Assembly (NCBI GenBank): GCA_002938035.1
Contig: PTLH01000003.1
Coordinates: forward strand, 1-47,804
Length of the DNA: 47,804 nucleotides
Source of the DNA: Alphaproteobacteria bacterium MarineAlpha3_Bin6
GTDB taxonomy: Bacteria; Pseudomonadota; Alphaproteobacteria; Rhodospirillales; UBA2165
Direction: 5' to 3'
Shown here: positions 20,756 through 31,239 of the stretch, piece after piece
How the letters are laid out: each line of letters starts with the position of its first letter
Position numbering within the stretch: position 1 is the stretch's first letter
Notes under the pieces: model-generated
Databases searched by the model: none
What the model saw: only the letters and a program-made list of their open reading frames with translations
Told to the model about the DNA's origin: nothing
Position numbers and translations under genes: made by a program

Positions 20756-21567
20756 GTAACATTAACGACAGTCATAAAATGCCTTTATTGGAGCACTTGG
20801 TTGAGCTTCGTAACCGGCTCTTGAAGTCGGTAATCGCTATTATATTGCTATTTTTTATTTTCTTTGCCTTTAAAGAACACTTATATGCGTTTTTGGTTCA
20901 ACCTTTGGCAGATATTCTAGAGGAGCGGGGGGGCACCCGCCGAATGATTTTTACTGCCCTCCATGAGGCATTTTTTACCTATATCAAAGTGAGTTTCTGG
21001 ACGGCTTTATTTGTAGCATTTCCATTTGTGGCAGCGCAGTTTTGGCGTTTTGTCGCTCCAGGTCTTTACGGCAACGAGAAAAAGGCGCTACTGCCTTATT
21101 TAATTTTATCACCTATCCTTTTCTTTCTTGGCGGCGCGTTGGTATACTATTTTATATTTCCGCTAGCTTGGCAATTCTTTATAAGCTTTGAAACAATTGG
21201 TTCGCCAGGAACCTTGCCGGTTCAACTAGAGCCAAAGGTCAGCGAATATCTTTCACTAGTGATGCGTTTGATATTTGCCTTTGGATTAAGCTTTCAATTA
21301 CCAATCGTTCTCACACTGTTGGCCCGCGCCGGTTTGACGACATCTCAGAGTTTGGCCGCCAAGCGCAAGTATGCGGTAGTTTTTTCCTTCATCGGCGCTG
21401 CCATCATCACACCGCCAGATGTTATTAGCCAAGTGGGTCTCGCCATACCAATCATCGTACTTTACGAAGTGTCAATTATTGCTGTCCGAGCAGTTGAAAG
21501 AAAAAGGAAAGGCTTGGACGACGACGAAGAGGAAATAACAGAAGAGACAGATTTCAATTTGACCTAG
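20752..21567 (+). CDS. tatC: Sec-independent translocase TatC
   Basis: MPLLEHLVELRNRL, FVAPGLY, FQLP, ITPPDVISQ, LYE. Confidence 0.97.
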   Translation: MSNINDSHKMPLLEHLVELRNRLLKSVIAIILLFFIFFAFKEHLYAFLVQPLADILEERGGTRRMIFTALHEAFFTYIKVSFWTALFVAFPFVAAQFWRFVAPGLYGNEKKALLPYLILSPILFFLGGALVYYFIFPLAWQFFISFETIGSPGTLPVQLEPKVSEYLSLVMRLIFAFGLSFQLPIVLTLLARAGLTTSQSLAAKRKYAVVFSFIGAAIITPPDVISQVGLAIPIIVLYEVSIIAVRAVERKRKGLDDDEEEITEETDFNLT

Positions 21568-21637
21568 TAAATTACTGATCCCTAACCAAGGGTGGGCAAT
21601 TTTAAGATTTAGGAAACCATTATTTGTAATACCTCCC

Positions 21638-21666
21638 TTGCTGGTATTTGCAGCGCATCCTATAAG
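21638..21666 (+). promoter_or_regulatory. Putative sigma70 promoter for serS-surE-pcm-nlpD
   Basis: cTTGCTG-N17-TATAAG, 46 bp upstream of serS. Confidence 0.5.
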
Positions 21667-21712
21667 ACCCTCTCGGGTTAACACATATTAAAACATTATT
21701 TGCTGGTTCCCT

Positions 21713-23002
21713 ATGTTCGACATTAAATTGATTCGCGAAGAACCTGAGATCTTTGATACCGCTCTTAAAAGGAGAAAATTAGAACCTCAGTCGTCAACGT
21801 TAATAGAAGCTGACACGAAACGTCGAGAACAGGAAACCCGTGCCCAGCTTTTACAAACCCGACGAAACAAACTCTCTAATGAAATTGGCAAATTGAAAGC
21901 TGCAGGAAAGGATGCTTCCCAAGCTATTAAGGAAGTTGCCAATTCAAAAGAGAAACAAGCTGCAGCTGAGGAAGGTGCAAAACTCGCGAGTGACGAACTG
22001 AACAGGCTAATGGCCGGAATTCCCAATATACCGTTGCCTGATGTTCCCGATGGTTTGGATGCTGAAGACAATGTCGAAATTCGAAAATGGGGTGATCTGA
22101 CGTCGTTCGACTTCTCGGTTAAAGAGCATTTTGATATCGGTGAAGCTTTGGGGATGATGGATTTTCAGACTGCAGCAAAAATGTCGGGATCACGATTTTG
22201 TATACTATCGGGATCACTTGCCCGTTTGGAACGGGCCTTAGGAGCGTTCATGCTGGATCTCCACACCACCGAACATGGTTACACAGAGATTAACCCGCCT
22301 GCGTTAGTACGAGATAATGCCGCCTTCGGCACTGGCCAACTGCCCAAGTTTAAAGAGGATTTGTTTAGAACTGAAAATGGTTACTGGCTAATCCCGACTG
22401 CCGAAGTTCCGCTAACCAATATAGTCAGTGGTGAAATTTTGGACGAAGTTGATCTGCCCCAGCGCTATACAGCTATGACGTCGTGTTTCCGCTCCGAAGC
22501 TGGTGCAGCTGGGAAGGACACTCGTGGTATGCTTCGGCAGCATCAGTTCACTAAGGTGGAATTGGTGAGCATCACGCACCCTGATGCATCTTCTATTGAA
22601 TTGGAACGGATAACAAACTGCGCAGAGGAGGTTCTTAAACGCCTAGGTTTACCTTACAAAACGGTTTTACTCGCTACCGGGGATATGGGATTTAGTGCAT
22701 CTAAAACCTATGATATTGAGGTCTGGCTTCCGGGGCAGAATGGGGGTCAGGGTAATTATAGAGAAATATCTTCTTGTTCAACATGCGGTGATTTTCAAGC
22801 ACGACGTATGAAGGCCCGTTATCGCTCAAAACATCAAAAAGGCACTCGTTTTGTTCATACTCTAAATGGTTCTGGAATTGCTGTGGGCCGGACCCTCATC
22901 GCGATTTTGGAGAATTATCAGAAAGAAGATGGTTCCGTCGAAGTACCTGAAGTGCTTCAAAAATATATGGGTGGCCTCGATGTGATCCGTAAGGACACCT
23001 AA
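21713..23002 (+). CDS. serS: Serine--tRNA ligase
   Basis: [48 protein letters not shown]. Confidence 0.98.
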   Translation: MFDIKLIREEPEIFDTALKRRKLEPQSSTLIEADTKRREQETRAQLLQTRRNKLSNEIGKLKAAGKDASQAIKEVANSKEKQAAAEEGAKLASDELNRLMAGIPNIPLPDVPDGLDAEDNVEIRKWGDLTSFDFSVKEHFDIGEALGMMDFQTAAKMSGSRFCILSGSLARLERALGAFMLDLHTTEHGYTEINPPALVRDNAAFGTGQLPKFKEDLFRTENGYWLIPTAEVPLTNIVSGEILDEVDLPQRYTAMTSCFRSEAGAAGKDTRGMLRQHQFTKVELVSITHPDASSIELERITNCAEEVLKRLGLPYKTVLLATGDMGFSASKTYDIEVWLPGQNGGQGNYREISSCSTCGDFQARRMKARYRSKHQKGTRFVHTLNGSGIAVGRTLIAILENYQKEDGSVEVPEVLQKYMGGLDVIRKDT

Positions 23003-23007
23003 GTTTA

Positions 23008-23823
23008 ATGGATGAGGCGCTAATAAATAAAGAAAATGTACGTATATTATTGGCTAATGATGACGGCATTGACGCACTTGGACTCAAAATTCTGGAGAAA
23101 GTTGCAAATACGCTTTCCAGCGAAGTGTGGATAGTAGCACCCGTTAAAGAACAAAGCGCGACCGGGCACTCGCTTACACTACGCCGACCGCTGCGCATTA
23201 TAAAACGAGGACAGAGGCGATTTGCGGTAAATGGCACCCCCACCGATTGTGTTTTACTAGCCGTTAACCAAATAATGAAACATTGTAAGCCTGACTTGGT
23301 ACTATCGGGTGTCAACAAGGGAAGAAATGTAGGCGAAGATATGACTTACTCTGGTACAGTTGCTGCTGCAATGGAGGCGACGCTTTTCGGAATTCCGGCG
23401 ATTGCGTTAAGCCAGGATATGAATGAAGAGGATCATCGCGACCTAAGCCAAAATACAAAACGAATTTATTCGGCTGCCCAAGGTTATGCAGCACAGGTTA
23501 TAAAGAAGGTGACACAAGTTGCATGGCAAAAAGATGTCCTGATCAACGTTAATTTCCCAGCTGTCCTGAGTAAGGACGTACGAGGTATTGAGGTGACACG
23601 GGAAGGACGTAGCAACAAGCTAAGTGACGAAATCATTGAGCACCGAGATCCGCGGGATAAACGATATTATTGGATTGGTCAGAGGCGCGGTAGTACAAAA
23701 CACCCTGTTGGCACGGATATTAACGCCATCGAACGTAATGCTATTTCTATAACACCAATCTCCATGAATTTGACACACAAACCAACAATAAAAATTCTCA
23801 AGGGCGTGTTTGGTAGTGATTAA
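23008..23823 (+). CDS. surE: 5'/3'-nucleotidase SurE
   Basis: ILLANDDG, GTPTDCV, SGVNKG.N, YSGTVAAAME. Confidence 0.96.
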   Translation: MDEALINKENVRILLANDDGIDALGLKILEKVANTLSSEVWIVAPVKEQSATGHSLTLRRPLRIIKRGQRRFAVNGTPTDCVLLAVNQIMKHCKPDLVLSGVNKGRNVGEDMTYSGTVAAAMEATLFGIPAIALSQDMNEEDHRDLSQNTKRIYSAAQGYAAQVIKKVTQVAWQKDVLINVNFPAVLSKDVRGIEVTREGRSNKLSDEIIEHRDPRDKRYYWIGQRRGSTKHPVGTDINAIERNAISITPISMNLTHKPTIKILKGVFGSD

Positions 23824-23841
23824 CGTCGATTAGAGGATTAT

Positions 23842-24486
23842 ATGAACTTTGATCACCGGAGGGTCCAAATCGTTTTGGCACTTCGTCGCCTTGGCGTAAC
23901 AGATACCGCTGTTATGGCAGCCATGGAGGCTATCCCGAGGGAGCTTTTTGTTCCGCCCTCTCTTAGACGCCATGCGTACCAAGATGCTACTCTCCCGATT
24001 GGCTACGAACAAACCCTTAGCCAACCGAGTGTCGTGGGTATCATGACACAGGCTTTACGTCTGACGGACAGAATGAAAGTGTTGGAGGTGGGCACCGGAT
24101 CGGGATATCAGACCGTCGTCCTCGCCAGGCTTGCGCGCCGGGTTTACTCGGTCGAGAGGCATAAACCATTATTGGAAAATGCTGAAGCTAGATTTCAAGA
24201 CCTCCAAATTAATAATATTACAACAAAGTGTGGGGACGGTACTATTGGTTGGAAAGAGCAAACCCCTTTTGATCGAATTATTGTGACGGCAGCTTCTTTA
24301 GATGTGCCGCCGGTACTTGCAGACCAGTTGACGATTGGTGGTGTTATGGTCGTTCCTATAGGTTTGGAATCCACCTTGCAGAAGATTGTGCGAGTAACCC
24401 GTACAATGAATGGGCTGGAAACCGAAGAGTTACGGGATGTAAATTTTGTCCCGTTAATACCAACGGAAGTATTGGCGAAGGTATGA
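23842..24486 (+). CDS. pcm: Protein-L-isoaspartate O-methyltransferase
   Basis: QTLSQP, VLEVGTGSGYQ, PFDRIIVTAA. Confidence 0.96.
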   Translation: MNFDHRRVQIVLALRRLGVTDTAVMAAMEAIPRELFVPPSLRRHAYQDATLPIGYEQTLSQPSVVGIMTQALRLTDRMKVLEVGTGSGYQTVVLARLARRVYSVERHKPLLENAEARFQDLQINNITTKCGDGTIGWKEQTPFDRIIVTAASLDVPPVLADQLTIGGVMVVPIGLESTLQKIVRVTRTMNGLETEELRDVNFVPLIPTEVLAKV

Positions 24487-25535
24487 TTAGGATTAGCCCA
24501 ATATTTTTTATGCTTTTAGTCGTTTTACTATCAGCTTGTGGAAATTTAGAATGGCCCCCTAAGAGTACTGGCATCGGTTATTCAGGCAATGAAATAGGTT
24601 TGGTAAATTTTGCTAGAAATACTCATAAATCCCCATTAACTTTATCTCCGCAAAAAAAAGCTAAAAATTTTCTTGAAAGTCGAATTGGAGAAAATTCCAG
24701 AGAACACATTGTTGCAAATGGAGAGACACTTTGGAGAATTGCACAGGCACATAATACTGATATTTACGAACTCGCAATCTTGAACCAGATAGAGCCCCCG
24801 TTTCGAATATATGTTGGGCAGAGTTTGATACTATCAAATTCTCCAGGAAAACCCCTTAAACTAGCTGCTTTTAAAAGAACTCAAGAGATCAGTAGGGAGG
24901 AATTTCCGCCTCCAACTAATTCAGAAAAAAAGCTCCTTACAAAAGGAGCACCGAAAATAAAAACAGCTAATGACAATTTGACTTTTTTAGCAATTAACCC
25001 TGGCACAAAGCCACAAACAAAAAGAGGGACTATTTCTTCAACCAACCCTCTAAAAATTTCTAAAAGAAAATTGGGAAAATTATATGGAACTATGTTGCCG
25101 CCGGTGCGGAAAGGCTCTTTATTCATCTGGCCAGTAAAGGGAACATTAATCTCCAGCTTTGGGGCTAAAGGTCGAGAGTTACATAATGACGGCGTAAATA
25201 TTATGGCTCCGAAGGGGACGGTTGTCCGGTCTGCGGGCTCTGGTATTGTGGCTTATGCGGGAAACGAATTGCGCGGCTTTGGCAATTTGTTGCTGGTAAA
25301 ACATGGTAACGGATGGGTTACGGCATATGCACATAACGAAATCTTGACTGTGCGGCGGGGTGATAAGGTAAAAAAAGGGCAGGCAGTTGCCCGCGTTGGA
25401 AGTTCCGGAAACGTATTTCGTCCACAATTGCATTTTGAGATACGGAAAGGAAATAAGGCGGTCGATCCTATTTTAAAAATCAGCAATATTAATGGCCGTC
25501 GTGCTACAGTGCACAAGCGCATTTCAAAAAGCTAA
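24483..25535 (+). CDS. nlpD: LysM + M23 peptidase-domain lipoprotein (NlpD-like)
   Basis: Lipobox LSAC, LysM (HIVANGETLWRIA), WPVKG, NDGVNI, AYAH, LHFEIR. Confidence 0.88.
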   Translation: MIRISPIFFMLLVVLLSACGNLEWPPKSTGIGYSGNEIGLVNFARNTHKSPLTLSPQKKAKNFLESRIGENSREHIVANGETLWRIAQAHNTDIYELAILNQIEPPFRIYVGQSLILSNSPGKPLKLAAFKRTQEISREEFPPPTNSEKKLLTKGAPKIKTANDNLTFLAINPGTKPQTKRGTISSTNPLKISKRKLGKLYGTMLPPVRKGSLFIWPVKGTLISSFGAKGRELHNDGVNIMAPKGTVVRSAGSGIVAYAGNELRGFGNLLLVKHGNGWVTAYAHNEILTVRRGDKVKKGQAVARVGSSGNVFRPQLHFEIRKGNKAVDPILKISNINGRRATVHKRISKS

Positions 25536-25547
25536 ATAAGTGTTTTA

Positions 25548-26411
25548 TTATCCGGCCTTTTTACCTAGGCGGCCAGCAAGGTCCTGTATAAACTGCCATG
25601 CGACACGGCCTGAACGAGAGCCCCTCGTCATAGACCATTCCAAAGACTCTGCACGAATCATTTCTTTGTCGAAGTCCAGCCCAAAATTATTGGCATAGGC
25701 TTCAACAATTTCAAAATATGTTTCCTGGTTCAATGGATGAAAACCCAGCCACAAACCAAAACGGTCTGAGAGAGAAACTTTTTCTTCAACCGCTTCCGCA
25801 GTGTGGATGGCGCTTGACCTTTCATTCTCGATCATCTCACGGGGCATTAAGTGGCGGCGGTTTGAGGTTGCGTAAAAGATTATGTTTTTGGGACGACCTT
25901 CAATCCCTCCTTCGAGTACAGCCTTAAGAGATTTGAAGCTTGTATCTTCTGCTTCAAATGATAGATCATCACAAAACAATATACACCTTCGTTTTAGATT
26001 TTTTAATATACTAAGTAAACGAGGTAGAGAGTGGATATCTTCCCGATGGATTTCCACAAGCGCTAGGTTATATCCATGTTTCTCATTTATGTTGCCATGG
26101 ATAGCTTTTATGAGTGAACTTTTACCAGTGCCGCGGGCTCCCCATAAAAGAGCATTGTTGGCTGGTAAGTCCTCTGCAAAGCGTTTGGTATTGGCGTAGA
26201 GAATATCCGTCTGTGACTGGATACCACATAGTAATTCTAGATCAATTCGATTAACTTCAAGTATGGTCTCTAGGGCCTCTGGATCAGAATGCCAAACGAA
26301 AGCATCTGCGCCGGTTAAGTCTACGTCAGCAAGTTGTTTGGGCACCATACGTTCCAAGGCATTAGCGATGCGCTCTAAATAGGCTTGGGGGTCGTGTTCA
26401 TTCATTAACAT
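25548..26411 (-). CDS. DUF815 family AAA+ ATPase
   Basis: LPANNALLWGARGTGKSS (Walker A), FCDDLSFE, YATSNRRHL, SLSDRFGL, RSGRVA.QF. Confidence 0.93.
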   Translation of the reverse strand: MLMNEHDPQAYLERIANALERMVPKQLADVDLTGADAFVWHSDPEALETILEVNRIDLELLCGIQSQTDILYANTKRFAEDLPANNALLWGARGTGKSSLIKAIHGNINEKHGYNLALVEIHREDIHSLPRLLSILKNLKRRCILFCDDLSFEAEDTSFKSLKAVLEGGIEGRPKNIIFYATSNRRHLMPREMIENERSSAIHTAEAVEEKVSLSDRFGLWLGFHPLNQETYFEIVEAYANNFGLDFDKEMIRAESLEWSMTRGSRSGRVAWQFIQDLAGRLGKKAG

Positions 26412-26453
26412 ACTACTCCCATCTTAAGGGCGCGGGACCCTAACATATGAAAA

Positions 26454-26922
26454 CTAAGGGTCAATATAATCCATTAGAATGCGCACCAATTCACGCAATC
26501 TTTTTTCGATTGTCGGATCCCCGCACAACCCGTCCGAGCCGAAGACGTTGTCCACACTAGCTACACTGACTGGTCCGGGTAACACAATTGCGCCGATGTG
26601 GGATAGCACACATCGAAGCTGTTCCAAACTTTTGATAGCTCCCGCTGAGCTTGCTGCTACGCCTAAAATAACCATTGGTTTTCCAGCTAAAACAGAAGGA
26701 AAGACTAGGTTTTCGATAATTAATTTTGCACGCGTCTCTCTCATCACCATCAATTCCAGGCCATTAAAGGCCTAGTTTTGATGGATCAATAAGGTCAAAA
26801 GGGACATTGTTAATCTTCAACTCATCGATAATTGGTAGGAGGGCTTTGGACGTATAACTGTTTGGTCGGGAAGTACCAAAAATTACGGTTATTCCAGCAG
26901 CTTCAAAATTTGGCTCATTCAC
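26454..26922 (-). pseudogene. Disrupted NADPH-dependent FMN reductase (flavodoxin-fold, SsuE/ChrR-like)
   Basis: GTG 26922 gives ...ITVIFGTSRPNSYTSKAL...DLIDP..., in-frame TAA at 26766-26764 and a frame change; C-terminal half KLIIENL...LAGKP...GA...LEQLR.VLSH is in ORF 26454-26753; the PEY motif is missing. Confidence 0.8.
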
Positions 26923-27114
26923 TCTTTCATCCTTTATATCAAATCGTTTGGGTATTTATGAGCGTTATTGTCGTTGCAACATTCATATTGTTATTGGTTT
27001 GGAATTATTTACATTACAATTTCATAATTTGAATAATCAAAAGGTTTAGTTTGCATTGAAGGCCGACCGCTATATATTTCGCGCCATATTAAAGATTTTT
27101 TTGAGGAGTCATTG

Positions 27115-27501
27115 ATGTTTATTTCGCCAGCGTATGCGCAGGGTGCTGGAGACGGAGGTGCCGGCTTTGCAACAATTTTACCGCTGGTCCTTATCTTTGC
27201 GGTTTTTTATTTTTTGCTTATCAGGCCCCAACAGAAAAAAGCTAAAGTCCATCGTGAAATGCTGGGCTCTATCAGTCGTGGTGATAGGGTAATAACGGGT
27301 GGTGGTATAATGGGGAAGGTAACAAAAGTTGTTAATGATCAGGAACTGGCGGTTGAAATTGCTGAGGGGATAAAAGTGAGAGTGCAACGCAGTATGGTAG
27401 CGGGCGTGATCTCTAAAGAAGGGGGATCTTCTATTATGGCGCCGCCCGGTGGTCAGCAACAGGCTGGTGGCTTATTAGGTGGCTTGTTTGGCCGAAAATA
27501 A
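27115..27501 (+). CDS. yajC: Preprotein translocase subunit YajC
   Basis: ISPAYAQ, FYFLLIRPQQKK, RGDRVITGGGI. Confidence 0.96.
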   Translation: MFISPAYAQGAGDGGAGFATILPLVLIFAVFYFLLIRPQQKKAKVHREMLGSISRGDRVITGGGIMGKVTKVVNDQELAVEIAEGIKVRVQRSMVAGVISKEGGSSIMAPPGGQQQAGGLLGGLFGRK

Positions 27502-27525
27502 AGTCAGAATAAATTAAAACTCGCC

Positions 27526-29112
27526 GTGGTCTATTTTGCTAAATGGAAAGTGGTATTAATCCTTGCGATTGTAGGTCTAGGATTTCTTTTTGCTGCTCCT
27601 AACCTTTTTGATGAAAAGGCGACTAATGACTTTCCTGGATTTTTTCCGCACAAACAAGTGAACTTGGGGCTAGATCTTCGAGGGGGGTCTCATCTTCTCC
27701 TGGAAGTCAAAGTAGAAGCCGTTGTTAAGGAACGTCTTAACTCCCTCGTGGATGGAGTTAGAATTGCACTTCGCCGGGAAAAGATCCGTTACAAGAGATT
27801 GGGACATCGTGGTAATGGCGTATTTGTCACCATTCTGCAGGCTGATAAGGTTGATTTAGCTAAAAGCTTACTCGCTGACATTGAGCAGGGCTTTGACGTT
27901 ACCGTCGATGGCAGCCGTATTTCTGTCCGTCCAAATAAAGAAGGATTAAGAGAAATCCGGGACGCTACAGTTGCTCAATCAATCGAAATTGTGCGAAGGC
28001 GGATTGATGAAACTGGCACCAAGGAACCGACCATACAACGTCAAGGTGAAGACCGCATACTCCTTCAGTTGCCAGGCGTAGATGATCCCGAACGGGTTAA
28101 ACGACTGCTCGGACGCACAGCTAAGATGACATTTCATTTATTAGACCTAGACGGATCCATCGAGGAAGCGATACAAGGGCGGGTGCCACCTGGATCCCTA
28201 TTACTACCTCTCATTGAGAGTAATAGAGGGGGGAAGAAGGATGAACCTCGCCACTATCTTGTTCAAAAGCGCGTGGCTGTTGGTGGAGACCACTTGGTAG
28301 ATTCTCAACCGTCCTTTGATAATCGAACTAACGAGCCCATAGTTAGTTTTCGATTCGATACGGCAGGTGGCAAGCGGTTTGCTGATGTTACCCGTAAAAA
28401 TGTAAATAAGCCGTTTGCCATTGTTTTAGATAATAAAGTTATAAGCGCCCCCGTGATACGTGAGCCCATTTTGGGTGGTAGCGGGCAAATTAGTGGTGGG
28501 TTCACAACCGAGGAGGCCAGGGATTTAGCATTACTTTTGCGAGCTGGCGCACTTCCCGCACCTTTGATTATTTTAGAAGAACGCACAGTGGGTCCTGGGC
28601 TTGGCGCCGATTCTATTGCCGCCGGGAAGGTTGCTAGCGTGATCGGATTAGTGTTTGTCATCATTTTTATGGTTATCGTTTATGGTTTGTTCGGAGTATT
28701 TGCGGATATTGCACTACTCGTGAATTTGGTTCTAATTGTATCCGTTTTGTCTGCTTTGCAAGCAACCCTGACCCTACCGGGGATAGCTGGTATTGTCCTG
28801 ACCATCGGTATGGCAGTCGATGCCAACGTCTTGGTATTTGAGCGCATACGCGAAGAAGTGAGAGCAGGACGCACACCTATATCTGCGATCGATGCTGGTT
28901 ACTCCCGTGCAATTAGTACGATTATAGATGCAAATCTCACAACCTTGATTGCCGCCATTATACTATTTCAGTTTGGATCCGGGCCAATTAAAGGTTTTGC
29001 AGTTACTTTAATTATTGGAATTATTACATCTATGTTCACCGCTATTATGCTCACCCGGTTGCTGGTTGCTGGTTGGATCAGACGTTCTAGGCCGACGAAG
29101 GTTCCGATTTAG
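27526..29112 (+). CDS. secD: Protein translocase subunit SecD
   Basis: LGLDLRGG, RRRIDE, LLRAGALPA, GMAVDANVL.FERIREE. Confidence 0.98.
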   Translation: MVYFAKWKVVLILAIVGLGFLFAAPNLFDEKATNDFPGFFPHKQVNLGLDLRGGSHLLLEVKVEAVVKERLNSLVDGVRIALRREKIRYKRLGHRGNGVFVTILQADKVDLAKSLLADIEQGFDVTVDGSRISVRPNKEGLREIRDATVAQSIEIVRRRIDETGTKEPTIQRQGEDRILLQLPGVDDPERVKRLLGRTAKMTFHLLDLDGSIEEAIQGRVPPGSLLLPLIESNRGGKKDEPRHYLVQKRVAVGGDHLVDSQPSFDNRTNEPIVSFRFDTAGGKRFADVTRKNVNKPFAIVLDNKVISAPVIREPILGGSGQISGGFTTEEARDLALLLRAGALPAPLIILEERTVGPGLGADSIAAGKVASVIGLVFVIIFMVIVYGLFGVFADIALLVNLVLIVSVLSALQATLTLPGIAGIVLTIGMAVDANVLVFERIREEVRAGRTPISAIDAGYSRAISTIIDANLTTLIAAIILFQFGSGPIKGFAVTLIIGIITSMFTAIMLTRLLVAGWIRRSRPTKVPI

Positions 29113-29123
29113 GGGAGTATATA

Positions 29124-30044
29124 TTGAAAACGCTGAATCTCCTTCCAATTAAACCGAACCTCAATTTCATCGGTAAACAAAATATTTTTTTCATTATATC
29201 CGCACTATTCTTGGTGTTGTCGATCGGTTCGTTTTTTACCCGTAGCCTTAATTACGGCATTGACTTCCAAGGTGGTATTATGATCGAGATCCGCACAACA
29301 CAGCCCGGAAATCTGGCTCAGATGCGGAGCCTTCTCTCTGATCTTAAGCTCGGAGAAATTTCTCTTCAGGAATTTGGTGAGCCTACGGATTTTTTGATCC
29401 GCATTCAAAAACAAGATGGAGGAGAAAGAGCACAGCAAAAAGCTGTCGAAAAAGTAAAAGCCTCATTACCACCTGATGTGGAATATCGCAGAACAGAATT
29501 TGTTGGACCGAAAGTAAGTGATGAATTATTCCGAGACGGGATTTTGGCAGTAATATTTGCCATCATAGGTATACTGGCCTACATATGGTTTAGATTTGAG
29601 TGGCAGTTTGGCCTTGGGGCGATAATTGCTCTTTGTCACGATGTGTTGACGACGGTGGGTATTTTTTCACTTACCGGTCTGGAATTTAATCTCTCAACGG
29701 TGGCAGCTATTCTTACCATAGCTGGTTACTCGATTAACGATACGGTTGTCGTATATGATCGCGTGAGAGAAAACCTGCGTAAGTATAAATCAATGCCATT
29801 AACTGCATTGTTGAATAACAGCATCAACGAGACCTTGTCTCGGACCATTATGACAAGCCTGACAACTCTGTTGGCGCTGGGATCACTCTACATATTAGGT
29901 GGTGAGGTCATACGTGGTTTTAGCTTTGGAATGATTTGGGGGGTATTGGTTGGAACTTATTCTTCTGTTTGTCTTGCTGTCCCTCTTTTATTGTACCTCA
30001 ATGTTGACCGGGGTACCGGAACAGATGACGCTAAAACTCGCTAA
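29124..30044 (+). CDS. secF: Protein translocase subunit SecF
   Basis: GIDFQGG, VGPKV, GYSINDTVVVYDRVREN, GTYSS. Confidence 0.98.
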   Translation: MKTLNLLPIKPNLNFIGKQNIFFIISALFLVLSIGSFFTRSLNYGIDFQGGIMIEIRTTQPGNLAQMRSLLSDLKLGEISLQEFGEPTDFLIRIQKQDGGERAQQKAVEKVKASLPPDVEYRRTEFVGPKVSDELFRDGILAVIFAIIGILAYIWFRFEWQFGLGAIIALCHDVLTTVGIFSLTGLEFNLSTVAAILTIAGYSINDTVVVYDRVRENLRKYKSMPLTALLNNSINETLSRTIMTSLTTLLALGSLYILGGEVIRGFSFGMIWGVLVGTYSSVCLAVPLLLYLNVDRGTGTDDAKTR

Positions 30045-30095
30045 AAACTGTCCACATTACATATTATTCGATAATTAAGACGGCAGAAATTTATA

Positions 30096-30479
30096 ATGTC
30101 ACTTGATATTTCACCAGTGGATTTCGAAGGGCGTAATATCATTCAAAGTTATGGCAACGGAAAATTCCAGATTAGTGATAAAAAATATGACCATTCGGTC
30201 CTTGTTTTTCCTGACCAGATAATTCCTTGGTCGCCCATTGATACAAGCAACCTAATTGTAGATGATTTCAAAAAGGTTCTAACAGTTGGACCCATTGTTG
30301 AATTATTGTTACTTGGTTGCGGTAAGACAACGTGGTTTCTTCCCCTTCCACTCCGCGATGAACTAAAGGAAATGGGGTTGGTACTGGAACCAATGGATAC
30401 TGGGGCGGCATGCCGGACCTTTAATGTCCTTCTAGGCGAAAACCGGAGAATTGCGGCAGCATTGATGCTTGTTGACTAA
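30096..30479 (+). CDS. Mth938-like domain protein (DUF498; NDUFAF3 homologue)
   Basis: IQSYGNG.F, LLLGCG, EPMDTGAACRTFNVLL.E.R.IAAAL. Confidence 0.92.
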   Translation: MSLDISPVDFEGRNIIQSYGNGKFQISDKKYDHSVLVFPDQIIPWSPIDTSNLIVDDFKKVLTVGPIVELLLLGCGKTTWFLPLPLRDELKEMGLVLEPMDTGAACRTFNVLLGENRRIAAALMLVD

Positions 30480-30652
30480 ATTCAAGATACCATAAATACA
30501 GCAAACAACCGTAACACCATTTATTTATTATATAGCCAACTCTATAAGTTGGACTGAGCGAGTAGATAATTTAGACCAGACCCATCTTGGGCTTAGATTG
30601 ATCCGAGTGGATTACTGTTATCCAGAGCGCATGCTCTGCCACAACCAAATAC

Positions 30653-30680
30653 AAAAAAAAAACGAGGCTAATGGGCCCCG
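30653..30680 (-). terminator. Rho-independent terminator downstream of the PuuD-like gene
   Basis: On the - strand CGGGGC-ccatta-GCCTCG (one G-U) followed by 10 T; the G-U pair fixes the strand. Confidence 0.75.
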
Positions 30681-30704
30681 TTTTTCTTTTTTTAGGATTA
30701 CAAT

Positions 30705-31214
30705 TTAGTAAATATTTTGTGCCGAAACCATGGAATACAACATCGGTATAGACAGCATTGTATTGACTCGCGAAGCTAGGCCCGCTGCTCTGGCGGCTTT
30801 TGGTTTCTCTTCGTCACTGGCTTCAACCAAGCCAATTACTTTTTGCTGATTTGGCCAAATAATGAACCAAACGTTAAATGCCATAATAAGTCCCATCCAC
30901 ATGCCAAAACCAATGGCAGCATGTTTAGAGACATTATCTGTCAGTCCCAAAGCCAAAGCTTTGTGAAGATATTCGCTCTGATAAGCTAGAATGAGACCAA
31001 ACACTATCGTCGATAATGCAGCCCATCGGAACCAGAATAAAGCGACCGGCATTATATGTTTAGGTATCGCGGGCCTAAGTTCAGCTGGAATTGTTGGTAC
31101 TGTAGGCGTTTGAACAAAATTGAAATACCACAAAAGTCCAACCCACATGACGCCACTGAGGACGTGAAGCCACCGAACAATAAACATCAAATAATTAGAA
31201 TCAAATTCCATCAC
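30705..31214 (-). CDS. Short PuuD/Urate_ox_N-like membrane protein (no cytochrome c domain)
   Basis: RWLHVLSGVMWVGLLWYFNFVQ, LFWFRWAA, IMAFNVWFIIWPNQ, SR.NTMLSIPML; about 4 TM; AAGGAG RBS. Confidence 0.8.
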   Translation of the reverse strand: MMEFDSNYLMFIVRWLHVLSGVMWVGLLWYFNFVQTPTVPTIPAELRPAIPKHIMPVALFWFRWAALSTIVFGLILAYQSEYLHKALALGLTDNVSKHAAIGFGMWMGLIMAFNVWFIIWPNQQKVIGLVEASDEEKPKAARAAGLASRVNTMLSIPMLYSMVSAQNIY

Positions 31215-31239
31215 GTATTTCTCCTTCTACTTTTAATAT

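Noticed and set aside
26832-27032. 66-aa + strand ORF (and 26479-26775)
   Set aside because: Antisense to the FMN reductase pseudogene, with no recognisable motifs
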